From a virus, in the IMG/VR virus record IMGVR_UViG_3300032267_001142, positions 1 to 64,000 of that record: a stretch of DNA of 64,000 bases; one strand, 5' to 3'. Both the position numbers and the translations under genes were made by a program. Shown here piece after piece: positions 40,214-50,263 of this stretch (the first letter of the stretch is position 1; every line of letters starts with the position of its first letter). The notes beneath the pieces are model-generated. The model was not told the DNA's origin and made no database searches. It saw only the letters and a program-made list of their open reading frames with translations.

Positions 40214-40703
40214 TGTGTTCATTTTAGCTTTTCTTTTACTTCTCGCTCCTCATGTTGAAGCGAGAAAGCCAGTCGTCGTGCTTCCTCAAGAATTCGCCGG
40301 AAGAACGGTCTATATCGAAGGCTCTACAGAGTTTTATAAACTGGTTCAAGGCCATACCGAGTTGGAGAAGCAACTGGAAGAAGAGAAGCGCGAGTTTGAG
40401 GCTTCCGTCAAGCTAAATGATGAAGCCCTACGCCAGAGAGAGAAAGACATAGAGTCTCTTCGTGAGAGTCTAGCTAAAGCTCGCTCAGAAAAGAGCTTTC
40501 TTTCTAGTTTATTTAAGTGGAGCTGGGGCTTGTTCGGGTTGTCTATTCTCGCTTTGGGCGTTTTGTGCGTTTTCAACCCTGCTATTTTAGTAAGCATCAT
40601 CAACGTCACTGTCAATATTGTAAAATTCGTGGCGAGGTTTTTCGGAAAGGCTGTCGACGGATTAGACAAAATTACTTCCGCCGCAAGTAAAACTCAACAC
40701 TAA
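40203..40703 (+). CDS. Membrane coiled-coil protein (i-spanin candidate)
   Basis: N-terminal hydrophobic segment, central coiled coil, C-terminal TM; overlaps the lipoprotein gene. Confidence 0.5.
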   Translation: MKISVFILAFLLLLAPHVEARKPVVVLPQEFAGRTVYIEGSTEFYKLVQGHTELEKQLEEEKREFEASVKLNDEALRQREKDIESLRESLAKARSEKSFLSSLFKWSWGLFGLSILALGVLCVFNPAILVSIINVTVNIVKFVARFFGKAVDGLDKITSAASKTQH

Positions 40704-40713
40704 CTAATACCAT

Positions 40714-41121
40714 ATGGAAATCCAAGACTTCAAAGAGCCGGTAAGGCGACTAAAAAAATCAGCAACATGGCAGCGCATCACGGTAGCTCTGTTGGGTATC
40801 GCTGTAGAAGTTGGTATTTGGCAGTGGGCGGTTTGGCATCTATATTCACTTCCTCCGGAATCCGTGTCATCGTTTACGACTATCACAGTAAACTGTTTTT
40901 ATGTCATCGCTGCTCTGGTCCTGTTCTTCGTTACAGGCAAGTTGATTTACGACCTCAAAGTCGACACAGTCGCCCAAGTAGTGACTGAAGGCAAAGCTCT
41001 CATCGAGAAGAAGTATGAGAAAATCGAAAAACTTGAACACGTCATAATAGAAGGAGACGTCGGCGCTCCTGAAAGGCGACCTTTTAACCCTGACTCTAAA
41101 CACGACGAAGAGGAGGCTTAA
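40714..41121 (+). CDS. Holin-like two-TM protein
   Basis: Two TM helices and a charged C-terminus, directly upstream of the lysin. Confidence 0.55.
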   Translation: MEIQDFKEPVRRLKKSATWQRITVALLGIAVEVGIWQWAVWHLYSLPPESVSSFTTITVNCFYVIAALVLFFVTGKLIYDLKVDTVAQVVTEGKALIEKKYEKIEKLEHVIIEGDVGAPERRPFNPDSKHDEEEA

Positions 41122-41123
41122 TT

Positions 41124-41810
41124 ATGAATCCAGCTACGACGCCAGCATATATTCGCACCTACACCACGTTTCTGAATTTAGCAGAGAACGATAGCGGTTC
41201 ACCTAATACCGACTACCGCTCTGTGTATATTTACGCAGACGGTAATAATAGTCGTAAGCAAGTTACTCTAGCAAGAGGATTTACGCAGGACGGTGGCAAT
41301 TTATGGAAAGTTTTGCAGCGCTATATCCAGAAGGGCGGAGATAGGTCTCAGTTTTTCGCAGCGTATAAGTCAAAGATGGGTAGCGCCGTTCTGTATAAGG
41401 ACTCTGCCTTTATTAAGGCGTTGCGCGATTCTTCTATTGAGCAGAAAATGAAAGACGCTCAAGATGAGGTTTTCAATGAGGTTTACCTTTCTCCGGCGCT
41501 TAGTTGGGCAGAGAATAACGGGTTTAAGCTTCCTCTTTCTTATGCTGTTGCCGTGGACTCATATCTGCACAGCGGAAAAATGAGTGACAGAGTCACAAAA
41601 AGAATGTCACAGAAAACCCCAAGCAAGGGTGGCGACGAAAAGGCTTGGATAACTGAGTATTTGAAGATTCGATTAAGCTGGTTCGCTGGAGCCTCTGGCG
41701 CGCTCAAAACTTGCACGTTTCGTCCTAAGTTTTTCTTGGGTGAGATAGATAAGGGCAATTGGAATATGTCCTGTCCGCTATCCGTTACTGGAAAAGGCAA
41801 GATTTGCTAA
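41124..41810 (+). CDS. Endolysin of GH46 chitosanase-like (lysozyme superfamily) type
   Basis: AEND..S...Y..VY.YADG...VTL..GFTQDGGNL..VLQRY, QD.VF..VYL.PA, VDSYLHSG parallel GH46 motifs. Confidence 0.65.
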   Translation: MNPATTPAYIRTYTTFLNLAENDSGSPNTDYRSVYIYADGNNSRKQVTLARGFTQDGGNLWKVLQRYIQKGGDRSQFFAAYKSKMGSAVLYKDSAFIKALRDSSIEQKMKDAQDEVFNEVYLSPALSWAENNGFKLPLSYAVAVDSYLHSGKMSDRVTKRMSQKTPSKGGDEKAWITEYLKIRLSWFAGASGALKTCTFRPKFFLGEIDKGNWNMSCPLSVTGKGKIC

Positions 41811-41847
41811 TTTCCCTCTGAAGCCTATTAAGTGTAACTCCTGCTAT

Positions 41848-42237
41848 ATGAACATTCCTGAAGTAATTAAAGATTCCATCTCCCAGCTAGCTAAACTCCA
41901 AGCTGTCGTTTCCAAGATTCCTGGATATCAGACTCAAGCCGACTGCTGCATCGCGGAGTGCGATTCGGAAGAACGCCCCGAGGTGTCTTATGAAGACCTC
42001 AATCGCGTTTATCGTTACATCGACGAAATGACGAAGTATTTGTCTGACCGACTGTCTTCTTTGCAGGAATCATTCTGGACCCACAAGGAACAAGGTCATC
42101 TTCCCGCTATTCTTAGTCCTTCTTTGATGAAAGACGCACTCAAGGCCATTGGACTAGACGGCGATTACGAAGTTCAAAAGAAGGTCGTGTATGCTAGCAC
42201 TGGAGAACCTGTCGAGACTATTCTCTCAATCAAGTAA
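41848..42237 (+). CDS. Hypothetical head-associated protein
   Basis: 129 aa between the lysin and the protease; GTGTAA upstream. Confidence 0.65.
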   Translation: MNIPEVIKDSISQLAKLQAVVSKIPGYQTQADCCIAECDSEERPEVSYEDLNRVYRYIDEMTKYLSDRLSSLQESFWTHKEQGHLPAILSPSLMKDALKAIGLDGDYEVQKKVVYASTGEPVETILSIK

Positions 42238-43743
42238 GTGAAAGACCCAGAAAGCTACAAATACAAAGCTCGGTTCTCCGCCTCACTTAGATGTGATGCG
42301 GATTTCGGTGGTCTCGCGGATAAAAAGCTTTCGATAGCCTCTTTAGATGGGCTCTCTAAAATCCTTCCTACTTACGAAAAGGTCGACGACTTTCAAGACC
42401 TTCTTCCTGTAGTAGGAAACGCTTGCGTTATTAACTACGCGAATCTTCGAGACGAGATGGTCGATACCGCAACCGGTCTCAACCTGAAAAGATGCTTCGC
42501 TAATAAGTTCATGAACGTCGAGCACGACCGCAAAACGGTCGTCGGCCACTGGAAAGACGCTTTTTATACAAAGTTTCATCCTGAATATAGATTAGGCAAA
42601 GGCTCTGAGATTATTCCAGACGAAGAAATTGAGGGAATGACCGAGCCTTTCAATATCGCCCTATCGGGATTCGTTTATGGAGTGGCTTATCCCGCGCTAG
42701 CTAAACAAATAGTAATAGCGAACGACCCTGACAGCGAAGATTACTTGAGTATATGTATTTCTTGGGAATTAGCTTTTGATTCCTATAGCATCGCTTTGGG
42801 TTCGTCTAGGAAGTTGTCTGATTGTGAAATTCTAACTTCGGAAGCTGATATAGAAAAATACACCCCATATCTTATCACCGAAGGCGGAAGAGGTGTCGCG
42901 CCTGATGGACGCAGAGTATTCAAGCTCATCAATAACGGCGTGTTGCCTCTCGGGGCGGCTTTGACTTATCAACCAGCCGCACAAGTAGCCGGTCTCGTAG
43001 CTGATGCTCCCAATAAAAAACTTACTACAGACGCAAATATAATTGAGGATTCTTCAAAAAACATTTCCCAAGAACATCCTGAGCTTGTAATGACTAATAG
43101 CACAATGAACACTCTCAATTCTCTAGCCGACATTAAGGCACTTACCGAAGAAGACGCAAAGCAGTATACTCTCGCTAGCGTTAAGGGCCTAATCGAAACA
43201 GAAATTCAGCAACTAGTCGAAGCTCACGACAAGAAGGCTCAAGAAGAAGCCCAACGCGCCGCTACTGCCGAAAAGAAAGCAAATGAAGCGCTCGCAAGTT
43301 TGGGTTCACTTAAGTCCGAACTCGAAGCACTCAAGCTCGCCGAAGCGCAGCGAGCCGCCGCAGAAGCTTTTAATAACCGCATGTCGGCTCTTGATGAGTC
43401 CTTCGTATTGACAGTTCCTCAGAGGACTGCCATCGCAAGCCAAATCAAAGACCTCGACGAAACTCAGTTCTCGAACTGGAAGACTTCCGTTTTTGAACCT
43501 TTCGCAGTAAAGCGCGAAGCGGTCGTAACGAAGAGCCAGACTGTCGCTTCCGTTACCGCTCCGATTCCTCCAGTAGCCGACGTCAGAAGTGTCGCCGCAG
43601 AAGCGGTCGCCGCAGTCCAACAGCCAGCGACTCCAGTTGTCGCAATCGCTGCCGCTCAGGCTCCAGAACCAATTTCCGAAACTCTTCGCAAGGCTTTTTC
43701 AACCGAAGCTGGCGGAGGTCTCACAATCGTAACCAGAAACTAA
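42238..43743 (+). CDS. Prohead protease / scaffold fusion
   Basis: MNVEHDRKTVVGH and SICISWE protease-like motifs, then a long Ala/Glu coiled coil and Pro/Ala tail; lies upstream of the capsid genes. Confidence 0.7.
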   Translation: MKDPESYKYKARFSASLRCDADFGGLADKKLSIASLDGLSKILPTYEKVDDFQDLLPVVGNACVINYANLRDEMVDTATGLNLKRCFANKFMNVEHDRKTVVGHWKDAFYTKFHPEYRLGKGSEIIPDEEIEGMTEPFNIALSGFVYGVAYPALAKQIVIANDPDSEDYLSICISWELAFDSYSIALGSSRKLSDCEILTSEADIEKYTPYLITEGGRGVAPDGRRVFKLINNGVLPLGAALTYQPAAQVAGLVADAPNKKLTTDANIIEDSSKNISQEHPELVMTNSTMNTLNSLADIKALTEEDAKQYTLASVKGLIETEIQQLVEAHDKKAQEEAQRAATAEKKANEALASLGSLKSELEALKLAEAQRAAAEAFNNRMSALDESFVLTVPQRTAIASQIKDLDETQFSNWKTSVFEPFAVKREAVVTKSQTVASVTAPIPPVADVRSVAAEAVAAVQQPATPVVAIAAAQAPEPISETLRKAFSTEAGGGLTIVTRN

Positions 43744-43768
43744 TAACACACTTTAGCAATATCCCATT

Positions 43769-44320
43769 ATGAAAATCCGTCCTCTAAACGACTACTCCGA
43801 ACACGACGTTATCAACTTTTTCGCGCTTGACACCGCGACTGGTGCCGCAGGCACTCTGGTCAAGGTCAAGGGCTCGGGCTTCTTGAACGACGCTAACCTC
43901 ACGATTAGCCAAGATATGTCCACCATCAAGAACGCCTATATCCCTCGTTGGGAAGTGCCTCACAAGGTAACTCGCGTTTCTAGCGGCGAACTTCCTCTCG
44001 GATTCCTGCGCTTTGAAGTCAAGGAAGTCAACTTCGAGGGCGTCTCCTTTAAGCACGACCCTACCCGCAAGGCCGAAGCTCAGGTCGTCTGCTCTGGCGA
44101 AGCAGTTCCGGTAGTAAGAAAGGGTCTGTTCCTCGTTGGCGACTGGCCATCCGGCCAAGTTCCTCTTCCGGGCAAGGCCGTCGTCGCTCTCGACAATGGT
44201 GATTGGGGTGTTCGCTCCGCGAGCGCTTCCGGTGACGCAAATGTCTTCGGTCAGTGCCTTGGCGCACTCGATTCAAAGGGCGACGCGCTGGTCGTTGTCG
44301 ACTTCAACCGCGCTCGTTAA
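43769..44320 (+). CDS. Capsid decoration/cement protein
   Basis: 183 aa between the scaffold and MCP; V.SGEAVPVVRKG.F pattern. Confidence 0.65.
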   Translation: MKIRPLNDYSEHDVINFFALDTATGAAGTLVKVKGSGFLNDANLTISQDMSTIKNAYIPRWEVPHKVTRVSSGELPLGFLRFEVKEVNFEGVSFKHDPTRKAEAQVVCSGEAVPVVRKGLFLVGDWPSGQVPLPGKAVVALDNGDWGVRSASASGDANVFGQCLGALDSKGDALVVVDFNRAR

Positions 44321-44354
44321 TCTTAACAACTTACGCTCTTAGAAAAACAAAAAT

Positions 44355-45491
44355 ATGAAAATCCAATTCAATAAGTCTCCCGAACAGTTGCAGCTCATCG
44401 CCGCGATGGGCCACAAGGACAAGGCTATCTCCGTTCCCGCACAGGAAACGTTTGCTAACCTGCTCGCTCCCACCCTTGGCAAAGTGTTCTCTCAGGCCGA
44501 TACGTCTACCGCGTTTTATCGCGATATGCCATTCGCCGCTGACAGTGACCCGACCTTCCCTCTGGAACTCTTCACTGACACCCCTGAAGGATACTTCTCT
44601 ATCTGGTCTCAGGCGATGCCGGGCGGTCTTCCTACTAACACCGTTCACCAGCCAATCGAGGAAGTTCGTTTCCACACCTACAATCTCGATACTGCGGTGT
44701 CCTATCTAGCGAAGTATGCTCGTCAGACCCGTCTGCCGGTCATCGCTCGCGCTCTTGAGCGTCTGGTGAATACCGTGCTCGTCAAGACGCAGGGTAACGC
44801 TTGGATGGTTCTCTTCGCTGCTCTCGCAAAGGCGGAAACAAACGCAAAGAAGCACGTCTGGGCTTCTGAAAACGCTGGAGCTTTCAGCTTGACTGACTAC
44901 AACAAGTTGCTGACCTTCTTCCGCAGGCTGAACCGCTCTTGGGCAGGCGGAACTCCTGTTGGAGTTTCCTCTCGTCCAACTGACTTGGTGATTTCACCAG
45001 AAGTCATGGAAAGTTTCCGTGCGCTGGCTTACAACCCAGTCAACAGCAAGGGCGCTAACAACGTCGCTGGAACTCAATATTCGGGCGTCGTCGCCCTGCC
45101 TGACGAAGAGCGTAAGAAAATCTTCGCTACCGCACAGGCTCCTGAGTTCTTCGGTGTGAACCTGATTGAGCTTGTCGAACTCGGCAAGGGGATGCCTTAC
45201 AACATCCTGTTCAAGAACCAGATTGGTTCAACGGCCATCGCTAAGCTTGACCCAGCCGTCGCCGGAACGGTTACCTTCGATAAGGACGCTAATGAAGTCC
45301 TTCTAGCAATCGACGGAAGCCAAGATTTCGCCTACCGCGCAATCCAAGAAGACGCAGAAACGGGAAGCACCTTCTCGCTTCAGCCTGACGACCAGTTCAC
45401 GTCACGCAGCGGCAAAATCGGTCAGGTCGGCGGAATCACTGAGGGTCGTATGGTCCTCAACGCCCGTCCTCTGGTCGGTCTGGTTCTCTAA
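44355..45491 (+). CDS. Major capsid protein (HK97 fold, inferred)
   Basis: 378 aa, strongly biased codons, canonical position, followed by a strong terminator. Confidence 0.85.
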   Translation: MKIQFNKSPEQLQLIAAMGHKDKAISVPAQETFANLLAPTLGKVFSQADTSTAFYRDMPFAADSDPTFPLELFTDTPEGYFSIWSQAMPGGLPTNTVHQPIEEVRFHTYNLDTAVSYLAKYARQTRLPVIARALERLVNTVLVKTQGNAWMVLFAALAKAETNAKKHVWASENAGAFSLTDYNKLLTFFRRLNRSWAGGTPVGVSSRPTDLVISPEVMESFRALAYNPVNSKGANNVAGTQYSGVVALPDEERKKIFATAQAPEFFGVNLIELVELGKGMPYNILFKNQIGSTAIAKLDPAVAGTVTFDKDANEVLLAIDGSQDFAYRAIQEDAETGSTFSLQPDDQFTSRSGKIGQVGGITEGRMVLNARPLVGLVL

Positions 45492-45520
45492 GTTAAGAAC
45501 GGTTTCTCAAAAACATCACA

Positions 45521-45549
45521 AAAGCCGCCCTTCGGGCGGCTTTTTGTTT
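45521..45549 (+). terminator. Intrinsic terminator after MCP
   Basis: AAAGCCGCCC-TTCG-GGCGGCTTTTT. Confidence 0.9.
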
Positions 45550-45600
45550 TCCCTATTATAGTCTTTTCGTGTAAAGCCCTCGAACACAAGGAATCAAATT

Positions 45601-45978
45601 ATGAAAAGGTCATCAATCAAAGAAAAGAAGCAAACCAACGGTAAAAAGGAAGTAGGCCCAACAGCAAGAACACTAGAAGAGCTTATCAAGGGGCCTTCGA
45701 CAGGAAGGTTCTCCGCTAAAACTGAAGAGGAGTTTAAGGGCGAGCTGAATTTGATGAACATAATCGACATCCAGAGGGAGGCTATTAGAGTGGGTCTACA
45801 GCCTCATACGAATCGCGTTAAGATGATTGAACTTCTGTTGCGCGAATTCCGCAGAGATGCGGCGCTAGTAGCTACGGCAGGAGAGTTCGAGAGGGTGAAC
45901 TCTATCGCTACGAGCAATAAGGTTCCTGACGAGCTGCGAAGATTTCTTGAAACAATTGGCGGCAACGCTTTGGCATAA
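45601..45978 (+). CDS. Hypothetical protein
   Basis: 125 aa; GTGTAA promoter upstream. Confidence 0.7.
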   Translation: MKRSSIKEKKQTNGKKEVGPTARTLEELIKGPSTGRFSAKTEEEFKGELNLMNIIDIQREAIRVGLQPHTNRVKMIELLLREFRRDAALVATAGEFERVNSIATSNKVPDELRRFLETIGGNALA

Positions 45979-45980
45979 AG

Positions 45981-46295
45981 ATGCGTCTCGACCTGTCTTG
46001 CTATTTTTTGCTTCCGTTTTCGGCTAGAGTTCTCGTCACTGGGGACTCTGGACTTCCGATAAATCTGAGCGGATATAGTGGATGTATCGGGGACATCTTC
46101 CCTCAGTATGGAGAATCGGCTATAGCAGCACTTAACTGTTCCATTCCTTCGGGAGTATCTGGAGCTTTAGACTTGAGCTTTGCTACCGGAATTTATACAG
46201 GAGTGCCGCCTTCTGAACATCGTTATTTCGTAGATGCCACTAGCGGAAACTTGACTGAGCGTCTTTTAGAGGGATATTTTCGAGTCCTTCCTTAA
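45981..46295 (+). CDS. Small virion beta protein (BppU N-terminal-like)
   Basis: PINLSGYS....I...Y, G.LDLS....T..VP...YFVD....RLLEGYF.V.P pattern. Confidence 0.55.
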   Translation: MRLDLSCYFLLPFSARVLVTGDSGLPINLSGYSGCIGDIFPQYGESAIAALNCSIPSGVSGALDLSFATGIYTGVPPSEHRYFVDATSGNLTERLLEGYFRVLP

Positions 46296-46324
46296 TTTTG
46301 GCCGTCTAGGTGTAAAGAGAAGAT

Positions 46325-46819
46325 ATGAACGTTGCATCTTTAGCCGACCAAATACACAGAGAACTCGACTCCCCCGATGATGTTTCCATTGCGAGTTTGA
46401 TTTTTTGGCTGCGAACCAATCTAGGCAGATTGAATAGCAGGCTAGAGATATCATTAGCGATAGACGATGGCGGCGAATTCAGCGGGGATTATTCGATTGA
46501 AGCTTGCGACGTTTACAAGGAGATGTATAAGTTGAATTATTATACAAGAAAGACGGCTGCGCACGCAGGCGCAGCAGGTTACGACTCGTCAATATTGGAA
46601 ATGAAAGAGGGCGATGTAACAGTGAAAAAGGTTAACAGAAATGAAATCGCTAAAGTCTTTCTTAGTCTGAAAAGAGATACTGAGGCTGGGTTAGACAGGC
46701 TAGTCGGGACGTTTAAGCTCAATGCCGCTAAACCGATTCAGGTGGCCGGTGAGTTGCCTTATACTGAGGTTTTTAACTACATTGGAGAGGATAGGCGCAG
46801 TCGTCGCGATTTTTACTAA
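46325..46819 (+). CDS. Head-tail adaptor (neck) protein
   Basis: Position after the capsid genes; size and helical pattern. Confidence 0.55.
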   Translation: MNVASLADQIHRELDSPDDVSIASLIFWLRTNLGRLNSRLEISLAIDDGGEFSGDYSIEACDVYKEMYKLNYYTRKTAAHAGAAGYDSSILEMKEGDVTVKKVNRNEIAKVFLSLKRDTEAGLDRLVGTFKLNAAKPIQVAGELPYTEVFNYIGEDRRSRRDFY

Positions 46820-46820
46820 A

Positions 46821-47267
46821 ATGACGTTTTCCACTTCTGAAAAAGCTGAAGTCGAAGCCATGCGACATGCGGCGTTTGAGTTCAAAAGAGAGCAGATTCT
46901 AGTTTGGTCCGAACCGGAGACTTCTAGTATTTCCGACGGCCCGTCTCTTAATTTCGCATATAGCGAGGAGAATATCTCAGAAGGCGTAACGAAAACGTAC
47001 TCTCCGGTCTCGACCGCTATTTGGGCAACAGTCCAACCCGCTAATCTTATGAAGGAATCGGAGGTTATCGGGCAAATCGGAGAGGCGAGATTCATAAAGT
47101 CAAAAAACTTAACAAAGATAAACATCGAAAGCTCGAATTTAGACTTAGTAAGCAAAAGCGAATCAATCTCATTGAATGGAAAGCATTACGTTATTGTGGC
47201 TGGACCTACGCGACGCAAGATTTTGGGTGCGGAATATTATGATTTTTGGATAGACATCGAAGCTTAA
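46821..47267 (+). CDS. Head-closure/stopper-like protein
   Basis: Start reassigned to ATG 46821; C-terminal I.LNGK.Y.IV motif; neck-region position. Confidence 0.55.
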   Translation: MTFSTSEKAEVEAMRHAAFEFKREQILVWSEPETSSISDGPSLNFAYSEENISEGVTKTYSPVSTAIWATVQPANLMKESEVIGQIGEARFIKSKNLTKINIESSNLDLVSKSESISLNGKHYVIVAGPTRRKILGAEYYDFWIDIEA

Positions 47268-47268
47268 A

Positions 47269-47853
47269 ATGGCCAAAATTGATTACCAGTCATTAATGAA
47301 CTCGCTGAACGCGAACGGTCTGCCGGAGTCTTTACTAGCCCAGACCTATCGCGGTAAGTTTGATTTGGCCAAAAAGAATTTGATTAGAGACTTCTTGGCG
47401 CACCCAGTCACGCAAGAAATCCTAGCTGGTCCTACCGCGTCGAACATATCGGGAACACTAAACGGTCGAGGAAACCTGTTCTCTTTTATTGGATTTCCTG
47501 AAGGAAGTAAGCCTATTAATGATGTTTTGTCCGCCATAGAGCAAGGACTCACGCTACGACCCTTCACGAAAAAGGTAGGAATCCGTAATATCGCCATATC
47601 TTATAGCATCAAAATACCTCTTGAAGAGATTGAAGACGCGTCTCCTCTACCGTTCGAGCCGGGACTATCGTGGGTTACAGGAATAGAAGAAGGTATTTCC
47701 GGATTCGGCAGCTACGTTTCACTGATAAAGAAAGCAGGAAGCTCGCGTTCTGGATACGGAATTCAAAGCGACTCGGCAAAATTGCCGGGCGAGTTTCACA
47801 CGCGTCCATACATGAGCGTTCTTTTTAATAGTTTGCTGGAGGCTTTAGAATAA
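47269..47853 (+). CDS. Tail-completion protein (HK97 gp10-like position)
   Basis: Neck-region order; C-terminal RPYM motif. Confidence 0.55.
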   Translation: MAKIDYQSLMNSLNANGLPESLLAQTYRGKFDLAKKNLIRDFLAHPVTQEILAGPTASNISGTLNGRGNLFSFIGFPEGSKPINDVLSAIEQGLTLRPFTKKVGIRNIAISYSIKIPLEEIEDASPLPFEPGLSWVTGIEEGISGFGSYVSLIKKAGSSRSGYGIQSDSAKLPGEFHTRPYMSVLFNSLLEALE

Positions 47854-47855
47854 AT

Positions 47856-48731
47856 ATGAAAGAGAATTTTGATGTACTACTTAAAGCCTCGATTGGTTTG
47901 TGGGTCGACTATGTACTCTGCGATTTAGGTAAAGCCTTTAAGACCGAAACGTCTAATTTCCAAAAAGTGTCAACTAAAATTGGCGGCTACGACGCGTTCA
48001 AATGTCGCAGAAATCAGTTAGTTTATGATGAGTCGATAGATGGCGTTACCGTGCCGAAGGCGGCAACCATAAACGGAGTATCGACAAACCTTCATGTTGG
48101 ACAAATCTCAGGAAGTTCTGATAATATCTTGGATTACAATAACGGTAGGGTATTGGTAAAAAAGTCTAACGCTGTTGCCTCCGTGTCTGCGACTTACAGC
48201 TATAAAGAGGTCGAAGTTCGTTTTTCGTCTTTGACCGAGGCCCAACTAGTATTCCAAGACAAATACGCGTCTACATTCCGAGACGAAGAGAAGCTTCCCG
48301 ACACTGAAAAGCAAACCGCTGGACCTATCATTTACATAAAATACTCCGCTGGCGAAAATGCCCCTTGGTGCCTCGGCGGAGTTGATAAAACAGAAACAAA
48401 GGCTCGCCTAGTGTTTCTGTCTCAAGACTCTTATCTATTTGATGGCGTCTGTGGTCTTTTCAGAGACCAAGAGAAAAAGATGATGTCCGTTTTCCCTTCA
48501 AATCTGCTACCATTTAACGCGCTAGGAGGTCTGAAATACGTCAATGCCGGATTGACTTTTGACTATTCTGCCGCCCTGCAAGCTAACTTGCAAGCCAATA
48601 CCAATCTCTGCGAGGTTAGCAAGGTCAGGATTTCCGAATTCGGAGAGGATGTCAACCATCTAATCGGCCCAGAAGTCCGTGGGGGCTTTATTGATGTGAA
48701 TATATCAGCACTAAGGACTCCTAGACTATAA
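47856..48731 (+). CDS. Tail terminator-like / neck protein
   Basis: 291 aa directly upstream of the tail tube gene. Confidence 0.5.
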   Translation: MKENFDVLLKASIGLWVDYVLCDLGKAFKTETSNFQKVSTKIGGYDAFKCRRNQLVYDESIDGVTVPKAATINGVSTNLHVGQISGSSDNILDYNNGRVLVKKSNAVASVSATYSYKEVEVRFSSLTEAQLVFQDKYASTFRDEEKLPDTEKQTAGPIIYIKYSAGENAPWCLGGVDKTETKARLVFLSQDSYLFDGVCGLFRDQEKKMMSVFPSNLLPFNALGGLKYVNAGLTFDYSAALQANLQANTNLCEVSKVRISEFGEDVNHLIGPEVRGGFIDVNISALRTPRL

Positions 48732-48802
48732 AAATCTTTCACATTGCCTCTTCTTCGTGTAAATGTTTCGTAACTTACAATTTCGTACAAGTTTAACCTC
48801 TT

Positions 48803-49846
48803 ATGTCACAGCGCCAAATTTATAACCAGCAAGCCGTTTTCGTCACCAATTCCCCTGCAACTGGGGCGGTCACAAGTATTTCCCAGCTACACCGTATTAC
48901 GGCCTGTAACTGGTCCGACTCGATTGCTCGTGAAGACATTAACCAAGCCGGTCAGCTAGCCGCTCTTGACCGTATCATTCTGAACGCTCCGTCAGTGTCT
49001 CTCGACCTGAATTACCATGTCGCCGGTATTTGGAACGAAACCGCAGTTGGTTTCCGCACGGATGCGGTAGCTAACGCTATCTCTTATTTGATTGACGGAA
49101 CGCAATCCGACAAGAACTACTTGGTGAGATTGGTTCCCGAGGGTAACGACGCTGTCGGTTACACCGGAACGGACGGAGGGGTTATCGGTTTCGGCAACGC
49201 TTTCATTTCTTCTTACAGCACCCAAGGAGCCGTCGGAGCTATTCCTTCGGCCTCGCTAAGACTCGAAGCTTCGCACGTCAAATACGACGTTAGCTCTAGC
49301 GGTATCATCACTCCCGCCGTAAACGTTACGAACGGACAGCTACTAGCTCACACTCTTACTGTTCCTACTGCAAAGACCGGAGAGGCAGGACAGTTGTCGG
49401 CGCTTCAACCGGGTCAAATCGTAGTGAACGTTTCTGGCGCGTTCGGTATTCAGAATCACTGTATCCAGAGCTATAATCTTGGCCTTGATATGAGACGCGA
49501 GCCCCTTCAGTGCCTCGGTTCCCGTTTCCCATTCGCTCGTGTTGTAACTTTCCCTGTTACGGCGAGCTTGGATATCGAAACTAACGTTCAGGATTTCGGA
49601 ACTGGCTCGCTGGCCGATATCATCTGCAACGACCGTTCTTACGACCTCTCAGTGACGCTTTATGCTCCTTCCTGCACCGGATACGGCGTAATGAAGGCGC
49701 GCTATACCCTCAAGGGCGCTAAGCTGGACTCGCAGAACATCTCGACCTCTATCGGACCTAACACGAGAGCCTCTCTCAAGTATTCCGCTCAGGTCGGTGG
49801 CCCTCAAGACACGACTCGCGGTCTATTCATCGACGGCTCTAACTAA
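48803..49846 (+). CDS. Major tail (tube) protein
   Basis: 347 aa, beta-rich with internal duplication, biased codons, own promoter and terminator; no sheath gene seen. Confidence 0.75.
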   Translation: MSQRQIYNQQAVFVTNSPATGAVTSISQLHRITACNWSDSIAREDINQAGQLAALDRIILNAPSVSLDLNYHVAGIWNETAVGFRTDAVANAISYLIDGTQSDKNYLVRLVPEGNDAVGYTGTDGGVIGFGNAFISSYSTQGAVGAIPSASLRLEASHVKYDVSSSGIITPAVNVTNGQLLAHTLTVPTAKTGEAGQLSALQPGQIVVNVSGAFGIQNHCIQSYNLGLDMRREPLQCLGSRFPFARVVTFPVTASLDIETNVQDFGTGSLADIICNDRSYDLSVTLYAPSCTGYGVMKARYTLKGAKLDSQNISTSIGPNTRASLKYSAQVGGPQDTTRGLFIDGSN

Positions 49847-49873
49847 GAGTCAAAAGGTTAAATTCAAAAAAGC

Positions 49874-49899
49874 AAGCGGCTTATGGCCGCTTTCTTTTT
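49874..49899 (+). terminator. Intrinsic terminator after the tail tube gene
   Basis: AAGCGGC-TTATG-GCCGCTT-TCTTTTT. Confidence 0.8.
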
Positions 49900-49955
49900 G
49901 TACTTATTTCCCGCCAGAGATTTTTTGTGTAATACCGTACGGTAAAAGGAACATT

Positions 49956-50249
49956 ATGAGCGATAATCTCAAAGCAAAGGAACTTTGCCTATTTCAAATT
50001 AGGCAGCAGGTGTCTTCGATTTATAAATACTATCTTTCTTGTCTGGAGGATTTGTATATCGAACACCAAGAAATCTTGTCGAAAATCAACGCGTCGCTTC
50101 CTGACGGCTCAGGTGTGAACGTCGAGGCAGTTGATAGCTTCACGGAGAATAAGTTCAAGCATCTAAGAAAGAGGGTTTTGGATTATGGCAATGATGCGAT
50201 TCGTGGTCTTAGCGACCAAATTCTAAGATTCAAGATAGACTTTCAATAA
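49956..50249 (+). CDS. Hypothetical protein (97 aa)
   Basis: Start reassigned to ATG 49956, downstream of GTGTAA 49927. Confidence 0.7.
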   Translation: MSDNLKAKELCLFQIRQQVSSIYKYYLSCLEDLYIEHQEILSKINASLPDGSGVNVEAVDSFTENKFKHLRKRVLDYGNDAIRGLSDQILRFKIDFQ

Positions 50250-50263
50250 CAAGGTATAAGAAC

